61,154 bases of DNA, taken from Octopus bimaculoides (Eukaryota). The notes below the pieces were generated by a model. The model was not told the origin of the DNA and made no database searches. It was given only the letters and a program-made list of their open reading frames with translations. Location: contig NC_068988.1 of the NCBI RefSeq assembly GCF_001194135.2, positions 10,531,821-10,592,974 on the forward strand. The letters are read 5' to 3'. The position numbers and the translations under genes are program-made. This document shows, one piece after another, positions 51,751 through 61,154 of this stretch. The stretch's first letter is position 1. Every line of letters starts with the position of its first letter.

Positions 51751-54369
51751 TCTTATGCAACCAAATTACATAATTATAAACATTCTTTGCATACGCAAGA
51801 AATTGTGTTTAATTTTCGCATATGTTCACTATAACTTACTGCCCTATTTCCTTCTGTTAGTACGTATATGCGTGTAAACGTGTTCATCGATTTGTAAACT
51901 TGGGTACAGTGGTACTCGTTAATATGTTAGCCGTGTATTGCGCGTAACTTTCTTGGTGTTCTACCAAAATTTCATTCTCTAAATATAAGCGTATTTGTCT
52001 TTTTAGAGAACAGAATAAATTTGACACAGCTGTTGCTTTTATGTTAAAAATAACTTGAAAGATGCGTATTTGTATAAACACTGCACACTTGATATTCTGT
52101 TTAAGGTATATGCTATGTTATTGTCCATAAAGAAAAAAAAAAATGGCTTCAAAATTCTTCGCAGAAGATATAAATACAAACACTATGATTTATTGTACAA
52201 TCATATAAATCATTTCTTCTTGTTCTCTTTATAATTTTAAATTCATATTGAAAGCATTACTGGTCAGATCATTCTAACAAACCCTTCAGGGGAAACTATT
52301 TTGTAAATCTCTTTTATCTTCATAGATTTTTTTGTATGTTTTTATTTCCGGAAGTCGATAAATTTATTTTCCTTATTATAATACATGTATATATANNNNN
52401 NNNNNNNNNNNNNNNNNNNNNNNNNNNNNNNNNNNNNNNNNNNNNNNNNNNNNNNNNNNNNNNNNNNNNNNNNNNNNNNNNNNNNNNNNNNNNNNNNNNN
52501 NNNNNNNNNNNNNNNNNNNNNNNNNNNNNNNNNNNNNNNNNNNNNNNNNNNNNNNNNNNNNNNNNNNNNNNNNNNNNNNNNNNNNNNNNNNNNNNNNNNN
52601 NNNNNNNNNNNNNNNNNNNNNNNNNNNNNNNNNNNNNNNNNNNNNNNNNNNNNNNNNNNNNNNNNNNNNNNNNNNNNNNNNNNNNNNNNNNNNNNNNNNN
52701 NNNNNNNNNNNNNNNNNNNNNNNNNNNNNNNNNNNNNNNNNNNNNNNNNNNNNNNNNNNNNNNNNNNNNNNNNNNNNNNNNNNNNNNNNNNNNNNNNNNN
52801 NNNNNNNNNNNNNNNNNNNNNNNNNNNNNNNNNNNNNNNNNNNNNNNNNNNNNNNNNNNNNNNNNNNNNNNNNNNNNNNNNNNNNNNNNNNNNNNNNNNN
52901 NNNNNNNNNNNNNNNNNNNNNNNNNNNNNNNNNNNNNNNNNNNNNNNNNNNNNNNNNNNNNNNNNNNNNNNNNNNNNNATATGTTCGCATACTTCTTTAA
53001 ATGAAATCGATGTAACGTCTATTATATTTGATGTTACTTATGAAAAGACTTTCTTCGTTATATTTTGGGAAAACTTAGCTTATTTATTTTACTCTACAAT
53101 TCAAATTTTCTTGTCCATAACATATCACTCACTTTCACAATTTTCTAAGCAACAAGTTGTATATTTCTTATAGAATTGTAAGGTACCTTATTCATATGAT
53201 TGGTAATTTCCAAATGGTACTTGTTCAATTCTACAGAATATACAGGAGCACAATGATTGTGGCTTCTATAATGGAAAAATTAAAAAATGATGAACAGTTA
53301 CCATTTGAATTCTACATAATTTAACGCAAAACAACAAAGATAAAGATGAAAAATTCTATTTCGAATGACAAACAAGTCAGTATTGTTTTATGTTAATTCA
53401 AATTAATTTCTTTTCCACCGAGGTTTTAAATATGAATCGAAATCCAAATTTCCCTAGCACCTCACATAAATTTTCTTATTTTGTAATGTCTGTATTAAAG
53501 ATGACATTTATTTGACATTTTCTATTCTCTATTTCGCATTATGTCACGCCTGCACATGGACTTCATAGTGGTTTGTATTTCTTTCAGCATTAGATCCAAT
53601 TTAATCAATGTTACTTCTTACCCAGTGCGAACGAACAGAAAAAGAGATTATTTTATTACAAATGACAAATTTCTTCGTTATCGAAATTCTCTTCCATATT
53701 CATCGACAACTTTCCTCCTATGCATTACAACCTCTTTGTATGTCCCTATTCGTAAATATTCTAAGATGACACGCAACCCTCTGCTACTGCGTCAAAGCAT
53801 CTCAACCAACGGAGACATATTTATAATAAAATTGGCGTCACCTTACAGCCATTATTTGAGAAATCTATATTTAACCTTATCTACTGAGATAGAGTCTAGT
53901 GATCTTCCAAAGTACTATGTATAAGTATCCAGGACGATATCTTTTATAACTCTTTGTCTCTTTATTGCCAATATTATTAGACAAAATTACGTTTCTATAC
54001 GCGCACACACAAACAGAAACACAAACATACATTCATACGTATATATATATATATATATATNNNNNNNNNNNNNNNNNNNNNNNNNNNNNNNNNNNNNNNN
54101 NNNNNNNNNNNNNNNNNNNNNNNNNNNNNNNNNNNNNNNNNNNNNNNNNNNNNNNNNNNNNNNNNNNNNNNNNNNNNNNNNNNNNNNNNNNNNNNNNNNN
54201 NNNNNNNNNNNNNNNNNNNNNNNNNNNNNNNNNNNNNNNNNNNNNNNNNNNNNNNNNNNNNNNNNNNNTGTGTGTGTGTGTGTGTGTGTGTGCGTGTGTG
54301 TGTGTGTGTGTGTGTATGTGTGTGTATTCATATATACATACATACATACGCACACACACATATATATAT

Positions 54370-54590
54370 CTAAAGACCCCGCTTCGTTCACGAATGGGTA
54401 TGCACCTAGTGCTGAAACTCCGGTCAAGTTTGCAGTTGGCTATGCATACTACCCTTCCCTCTCTACGCCACCGATGTTATCCGAGGGAAAGGCAAGGCCG
54501 ACGTAGCTTGGCACCTCTGACGTGGGAAGACTTTTCCGTAGCTGAGTGAAACGCGGTAACGTAAAATTAAGTATCTTGCGCAAGATACGT
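54370..54590 (-). mobile_element. SINE family B-related copy with a different tail, 5' head missing
   Basis: GTAGCTGAGTGAAACGCGGTAACGTAAAATTAAGTATCTTGCGCAAGA resembles GCCAGCTGAGTGGACTGGAACAACATGAAATAAAATGTCTTGCTCAAGG at 34062-34110. Confidence 0.7.
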
Positions 54591-54989
54591 AATACTCTAT
54601 ATCGATGACGAAATTTTGCATTCTTCTTTTGTGGACATGGATTCGTTCGATAGTAATGCTGGTCGGTTTATAATTGGATATCTTATTAAAAGCGATATTT
54701 CTCTTTCTACATACTACTTTGATGGAAGAGGATAGGATGAATGACGGTAGAAACGCCTTGAGACTAACGTACGTTTATGAGCAAAATCATCGCAGAGTAA
54801 ATAAATCATTCTCGCCTGGCAAATTCACCTCGAAAATCTGTCTATGCCTTTCCAAATACCCTCCAGGTATTTACGCTGTTCTTAATTGTGTGACTGTAGA
54901 ATTAAATCGGTGCCTTTTGAAAATGTAGATCACATCACAAAATAAACTTAGTTTGGTCTTTTGAATTAATCGGTCAAGTATCACCCCGA

Positions 54990-55300
54990 ATGTGTGGACA
55001 AAGGTCGATCAGGCGTACTGCGCTTTTTTCAGACGGAGGAGGAAATCATTTTCGTTTGAGAAGAAAAAGACCCAGTTCATAGACATATGGGATTTTGTCA
55101 GGCGCTCACAAATCTGAACTAATTCGTTGACACAGTTGATGGAGCTTATGTGCGTAGTCCAACAAAAAAAACAGAAAATTGAGAGGAGCGAGTGGAAAAC
55201 AATGGATGTCGAGGAAATTATAAACCTGTTGTGTTTTGGAAAATCCCTCCTCTAAGATTTTTGGATAAGATCCGGAAATCTCTGCATTGGCTGAGTATCA
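54990..55300 (+). mobile_element. Possible L1/Tx1 3' (zinc-knuckle region) relic
   Basis: GC-richer island; fragments DQAYC..FQTEEEIIF and IDIWDFVRR loosely fit C..C....ET..H.F..C..I..LW.FV. Confidence 0.3.
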
Positions 55301-57635
55301 TTGGTAGTTCGAAACGAAATATAAAGATATGGTTGAGACTTAAGACACACTAAGTTGAAATATACGTTTATTGAGGAAACGATTCTGAATAGAGTCTTTC
55401 AATGATTGTGTAGCATTGCTCTGTGGATTATTGTTAAATACCTTTTGTCAGGTGTAGGACTGATCCGGCTATTGCTCTAAAATGCTATCACGATACCCTT
55501 ATGTATTTCCTTGTTCCTTGTTTCGTGGTTATGCAGAAATATTGTGTTTTGTGCATGAGCCTGAAATTTGTGAATAATGATGATTCTCTCTTAACCTAAG
55601 ATCTCAACAATCTCCAATTGAAATTTATCTGTATGTTCTATCTTAAAATGGCAAATAAATCATTGTTATTGAGAGTGGAAATAAACATGCTAGTCAAATT
55701 GCTAGTGCCAGTAGAATCGATTAAACTCTTTATTTAAACGCCAGGAACCGTGTGCCTAAATTAGAAACTATTATTAAATGTAGAGTTAGAAAATATATCT
55801 AACATTACGTTAACATAGTTTACCTTTACATGAAACTGGCTTTTGTTGACTTCTTTTTTTTTTTTTGAAATTGTCACCTCCCGAAGTTTCATGAAATATT
55901 TACTTGGAAAATAGTAAAATAATTGATTTCTTTTCCCGTAAAATTTATTGGCGTCGAGCCTAATGCAACACACAACTGTTATTCCTAAATTATTTTATTA
56001 AAAAAAAGAGACAGATGTTATTAACTATAGTGTATATCACTTTTATTTTTCATAATGCGGCATATTCTATAGACGTTAAAAATATACCAAAATCATACAG
56101 AATTCAGTGTGATTAAAATTTGATGTGTTGATGATGAAGTTGGAAATACTGTAGATACAGTAATGTGTTTTATGTTTTTACTTTCAAGTGTAGTCAAGTG
56201 CATTATGTAGTAAATTTCAACACTGTATAATGGAATTGCATTACACTGTAGTATATTTTTTTACTACTATATATTATATATTGTTAGTATTAGATGCATT
56301 GTGTAAGTAAGTCGTACTGATGTAACTATTATGTTCTAAAATACAGAGACTAGCATACGTTTTTGTATAATAAGCATGTGATTCATATCTAAACATACGG
56401 CATCTTTCGGACTGTGGTATTGATATAGAAACCATGCTGTTTTAGTAACTTTTGCTCTCGTTGTTTCCGACCTTTTTCTCGCCGCTATACAACCTAAGAC
56501 CACATTTAACTGAAAAAGCCATTGATGAAAGAAAGCACAGTTATTTTTTTTGGGGTGTGTGTGTGTGGGGGGGGGGTAGGCAGGTACTATATTTACCAAT
56601 ATATTACNNNNNNNNNNNNNNNNNNNNNNNNNNNNNNNNNNNNNNNNNNNNNNNNNNNNNNNNNNNNNNNNNNNNNNNNNNNNNNNNNNNNNNNNNNNNN
56701 NNNNNNNNNNNNNNNNNNNNNNNNNNNNNNNNNNNNNNNNNNNNNNNNNNNNNNNNNNNNNNNNNNNNNNNNNNNNNNNNNNNNNNNNNNNNNNNNNNNN
56801 NNNNNNNNNNNNNNNNNNNNNNNNNNNNNNNNNNNNNNNNNNNNNNNNNNNNNNNNNNNNNNNNNNNNNNNNNNNNNNNNNNNNNNNNNNNNNNNNNNNN
56901 NNNNNNNNNNNNNNNNNNNNNNNNNNNNNNNNNNNNNNNNNNNNNNNNNNNNNNNNNNNNNNNNNNNNNNNNNNNNNNNNNNNNNNNNNNNNNNNNNNNN
57001 NNNNNNNNNNNNNNNNNNNNNNNNNNNNNNNNNNNNNNNNNNNNNNNNNNACTAGCAGCAGAAATAAAATTAATACCAACAGGCAAACATTATATCTAAC
57101 AGAATGTAGATGTGTTTTTCTAAAATGCCGAATACTACGATATTTACTTTGAGATGATCTCATATGACTGCATAACAAATATTGGCAAACACGAATACAT
57201 TGCCTTTATTAAAACGGTCTTGTACTGAAATTGTTCCTTTGCACTGTTAGATTGGGAAAACTGTTAAATTTGGTTGGGGATTCTTTGTACATCTGTCTAT
57301 GCGTTCACTCAATGTATCTGTGTATAATCTGGGAAATGGATCTATTCCTTATACATACATACATACATACATACATACATACACACATACATACATACAT
57401 ACATACGTGTGTGTGCGTGTGCGTGTGTTTGTGTATAACTGTGTACGTCTACATAAGATTCTGTTTCGTCATCGTACGAACAATAAATAGTTGTCGGAAG
57501 GCAATATGCTCAAAACGCACAGTTTTAATAAATCCTTGTAGTGATGTAGTTTTAGACTATTGATTTCTTAACATCGTGTATCTTATATAAATCAAAATAT
57601 AATTATTGACTAAATTATGTATTTGTAAATATGAT

Positions 57636-57830
57636 GGTCATTTGCCAGAATCGTTACCGCGCCACAGAAAATGCTTCGCAACATTTTGCCTGATCTTACG
57701 TATTTGAGTTCAAATTCCAGTGGTTCACTCTGCTTTTCATTTTTGCGGTGTTTGTAAAATAAATACGAGTTCAACAGTGGACGCAATGTAAACGAAATTG
57801 CTGAGCTTGTGCTAATATTTGAAGTCTATA
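57636..57830 (+). mobile_element. SINE family A, strongly diverged
   Basis: GCCAGAATCGTTACCGCGCC..AAATGCTT..GAGTTCAAATTCC..GCTTTTCAT..AAAATAAATACGAG. Confidence 0.65.
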
Positions 57831-57924
57831 TATATTTAGAAATGACTAAATAACAATTTACATAATCATGGCTTTTATCTTAGAACTATGTAACTTATAG
57901 TATATTGCATTCCAGGATTTTTTA

Positions 57925-58129
57925 TTCAATGATATCCACCGCCTTTAGTCAAGCAAATCGACCCCAGAGCTTATTCTTTGGAAGCTTAGTACTTGTTCTA
58001 TCGGTCCCTTTTGCCGAACCGGTAAGTTACGGGTACGTAAACACACCAGCATCGGTTGTCAAGCAATGTTGGGGGGACAAACAAACACACAAACATATAC
58101 ACACACATACACATGCACACACACACACA
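57925..58129 (-). mobile_element. SINE family C 3' half, running into a gap
   Basis: CACCGCCTTTAGTCAAGCAAATCGACCCCAG..CTTAGTACTTGTTCTATCGGTCCCTTTTGCCGAACC..GTAAACACACCAGCATCGGTTGTCAAGC. Confidence 0.85.
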
Positions 58130-58620
58130 NNNNNNNNNNNNNNNNNNNNNNNNNNNNNNNNNNNNNNNNNNNNNNNNNNNNNNNNNNNNNNNNNNNNNNN
58201 NNNNNNNNNNNNNNNNNNNNNNNNNNNNNNNNNNNNNNNNNNNNNNNNNNNNNNNNNNNNNNNNNNNNNNNNNNNNNNNNNNNNNNNNNNNNNNNNNNNN
58301 NNNNNNNNNNNNNNNNNNNNNNNNNNNNNNNNNNNNNNNNNNNNNNNNNNNNNNNNNNNNNNNNNNNNNNNNNNNNNNNNNNNNNNNNNNNNNNNNNNNN
58401 NNNNNNNNNNNNNNNNNNNNNNNNNNNNNNNNNNNNNNNNNNNNNNNNNNNNNNNNNNNNNNNNNNNNNNNNNNNNNNNNNNNNNNNNNNNNNNNNNNNN
58501 NNNNNNNNNNNNNNNNNNNNNNNNNNNNNNNNNNNNNNNNNNNNNNNNNNNNNNNNNNNNNNNNNNNNNNNNNNNNNNNNNNNNNNNNNNNNNNNNNNNN
58601 NNNNNNNNNNNNNNNNNNNN

Positions 58621-58687
<67 letters not shown>

Positions 58688-59222
58688 CATACATACCTCA
58701 GACGAATATGTACTATATGGCTTTCTAGCTCACAATCCAATGTCAATATAACAAGATGTCCAATAAATTTCAAGTATGAAGTAAACAATGCAACACGGAC
58801 AATGCTGGAATTTAATTACCAACAGACCACAGCCTGACTAAACTTTCAAACAACTTTAGTATAAATAAAATATGCAAGAGCAATAAACTTTGACATATTT
58901 GAAGGGAAGGTTAAATTATTTCTCATCTTCTATACATTATTGTATGACATTTCCATATAAATAGTTTTACTACATTTCAAAATACAATAATAATGATCTT
59001 CTTTTGCATAATCATTACGATGTTTATCACTTTCTCTCGTATATCATATATTAATATAACCGTAATTTGAATATTCAAAAAATTTAATTACCCCGAGTCG
59101 ATTCTTTGAAGAAATTCACGCCATTATGGACTATTGGCCTTGTGCTGTTGTTTTCGTAGCATTTGTTGTGTTGTTGTTATTTTTGTTGTTGTTGTTGCTT
59201 TTGTTCTCCTTCTTCTCTGTCA

Positions 59223-59262
<40 letters not shown>

Positions 59263-59365
59263 ATTATTATTATTATTATCATTATTATTATTATTGGTGT
59301 TGTTGTTGTTGTTGTTATTATCATTATTTTAATTATTTTTAGTATTATTAGGAATGAGTGAGTGA

Positions 59366-59645
59366 CGCGTTGTTAACGGCGTACTGGAGTTCTGAGATTG
59401 GATTGGTAGTACTGAAATTCTTTGGCCGAAACCTCGCCAGCTCACATAGTCCTCAATTAGAATGATTTCCAGCCTTAGCTTATTCAGGCGAAGTTCGTAG
59501 ATCTTTGCAGCAAGATATAAAGAGAAAATCGTAGAAGCAAGAACACGAAGTTATTTCAATCCACATGTAATTGAGTATTCTTCAGAGAGTCGCTCACGAT
59601 AAACACGATGGAAGACAAGACCCCTTTATACAGCGTTTGGATCAG
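59366..59645 (-). mobile_element. RTE-clade LINE reverse-transcriptase fragment, decayed
   Basis: LSEEYSITCGLK*LRVLASTIFSLYLAAKI resembles RTE F.I..GVKQGCVLAPTLFS; SELQYAVNNA (59395-59366) is a decayed ELQYADD motif. Confidence 0.75.
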
Positions 59646-59670
59646 ATAAGTGTACATATATATATATATA

Positions 59671-59835
59671 TGTGAGAAAGTTGGTATGTGAAAGCACGTG
59701 GTTGGATGTATAAAAGATAATAAGAGTGAAAAAACTACAGAAGGCTTGTGTTACTCGGTTAAAGTATATATTTAAATTATGTCAGAAAAATGTTAGAAAA
59801 ATGTTATAAAATCTTTTTGGTATATAAACATTGTA
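59671..59835 (+). repeat. Unclassified dispersed repeat, copy 2
   Basis: Homologous to 4668-4830. Confidence 0.75.
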
Positions 59836-59874
59836 TATATACAATGTTTATATACCAAAAAGATTTTAAAACAT
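59801..59874. repeat. 74-bp palindrome with one mismatch, ending at a gap
   Basis: ATGTTATAAAATCTTTTTGGTATATAAACATTGTATA|TATACAATGTTTATATACCAAAAAGATTTTAAAACAT; centre at 59837/59838, no spacer. Confidence 0.9.
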
Positions 59875-60061
59875 NNNNNNNNNNNNNNNNNNNNNNNNNN
59901 NNNNNNNNNNNNNNNNNNNNNNNNNNNNNNNNNNNNNNNNNNNNNNNNNNNNNNNNNNNNNNNNNNNNNNNNNNNNNNNNNNNNNNNNNNNNNNNNNNNN
60001 NNNNNNNNNNNNNNNNNNNNNNNNNNNNNNNNNNNNNNNNNNNTATATATATAAATCATCA

Positions 60062-60500
60062 ACTGATCTTCGGCAAAATCTATACAAATGGTTCTTGAGA
60101 CAGCTACCACAAATTCAAGCACACATCGTATTTTGAATCGAGTTCAGCAACGCTCTAAATGACGAATGTTCTGCCAGATAGGTCAGTTTCCTGAGTGTTA
60201 TCTCACAATGTGAGGAAGATGCAACATTAGAATCCAAAATTATTTGGAGCGATGTGGCTACTTTAAGTCAAACGACATAATTAACCGACAAGATTGCAAT
60301 AATGTCTAGATACAATTCGTTGGTCTCCTTTCTCAATTTGGGCAGAGATATCGCAGTGGATGTTAATGTGGCTATTGTTATATACAATCAGTTTATCATA
60401 TTTAATACAATTTGTATCCGATTTTATGTTGAAATATCTGTTGTGGACATTGCTACTGACTAGATTATTTGTGAATATACCTAGACTTGGCAACAACTAA
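60062..60500 (+). mobile_element. Tc1/mariner-superfamily transposase fragment resembling rosa (DD41D)
   Basis: ALNDECSAR*VSF..QCEEDATLESKIIWSDVAT(frameshift)KSNDIINRQDCN resembles ALNEDD.DRR..FC...C.E......I.WSDEATFKLNG.INR.NC. WSD is at 60245. Confidence 0.65.
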
Positions 60501-60639
60501 GCTTTCGTAAATAACATTTTGAACCCATCAATTGTGCACATTGTAAACTTTCATTTGTTTTAAATTGTTTAAATTCTGTAATAATGTGTAGCTTATTTTA
60601 GCCAAGTGTTTTACGTCGTTATAGTCTTCTACTCTGGTT

Positions 60640-60970
60640 TAATTCTATTATGACAGTTCTGACAGGTATTGGGCGTTTTATTTTCTCATTTCTCTCGCAT
60701 ACTTTGTAATTTAGTTTCAATTGTAATTTGTCATTTGTATGATTAATATTTTCTAGTATTTTTCTGTGTTTTGTAATTCATTGTTTTTAGCTTAGTTAGT
60801 TTCGAGTTTATGACTCCTTGTTTGCTGAAAAGGTTTCTATTTCTTTTTGTTTTGTTTTCTTATAAGACGATTCATTTCCTATTTTCAAGTGTCCAGATAT
60901 GTTTCTATAGCTTTTGTGGCTACTTCACAGATTTTCTTTTCTATTTCTATGAGATGTCCACCTGTCTGTT
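60640..60970 (-). mobile_element. Possible Penelope GIY-YIG C-terminal relic
   Basis: DRWTSHRN and, in another frame, KHIWTLEN recall the R...H....T.LSKHIW.LK pattern. Many stops. Confidence 0.35.
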
Positions 60971-61154
60971 TACAAGTTACGTGCATTCAAATCCAATCGG
61001 CCTTCAAATGACGATCTTACCTCTCCAACACCACCCTCCTCACCAGCCCCCATCACCGACCCTATCGCATCACCGACTCCTTCACCTGCACGTCTACCAA
61101 CATCATATATTGCCTCTCCTGCTCTCTCTGCCAATCCCTGTACATCGGACAAAC

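Larger units (their letters stand above)
3667..60043. other. 17 assembly gaps (N runs) dispersed across the window
   Basis: N runs start at about 3667, 4458, 7462, 8615, 12082, 15543, 16142, 20734, 21751, 32127, 41414, 46389, 52396, 54061, 56608, 58130 and 59875. Most abut TA, CA, CT or ATT repeats, as expected for short-read scaffolding. Confidence 0.95.

Noticed and set aside
928-60122. Dozens of ORFs rich in HT, YI, VC, X or homopolymer residues
   Set aside because: They are translations of (CA)n, (TA)n, (TG)n and trinucleotide repeats and of N gaps.

Overview
AT-rich, repeat-dense animal DNA from a draft assembly, with 17 N-gaps that are mostly flanked by microsatellites. The SINE families and microsatellite load suggest an octopus or other cephalopod genome; this is an inference from remembered repeat families, not a search. 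I found no intact protein-coding gene, rRNA, functional tRNA or CRISPR array. Almost all ORFs in the track are microsatellite or gap read-throughs. Supported content: (1) five IS630-Tc1-mariner relics, including a full-length 1285-bp mariner with 27-bp TIRs and TA duplications, and a mariner with an internal inversion; (2) decayed non-LTR fragments of HERO, L1/Tx1 and RTE type, plus a possible Penelope piece; (3) many tRNA-derived SINE copies of about four families; (4) a ~208-bp fold-back element, a terminal 15-mer array, a 21-bp minisatellite and a 74-bp palindrome. The most interesting signal is at 2191-2775 (minus strand): a tRNA-like pol III head, an (AAT)n linker split by a second SINE, and a tail carrying a minimal hammerhead-ribozyme-like motif of the kind seen at Penelope-like element ends. 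Related hammerhead-like words occur in a second repeat family and in the HERO 3' end. A few candidate host exons are listed at low confidence. All family assignments come from manual translation and motif recall, with no database search.
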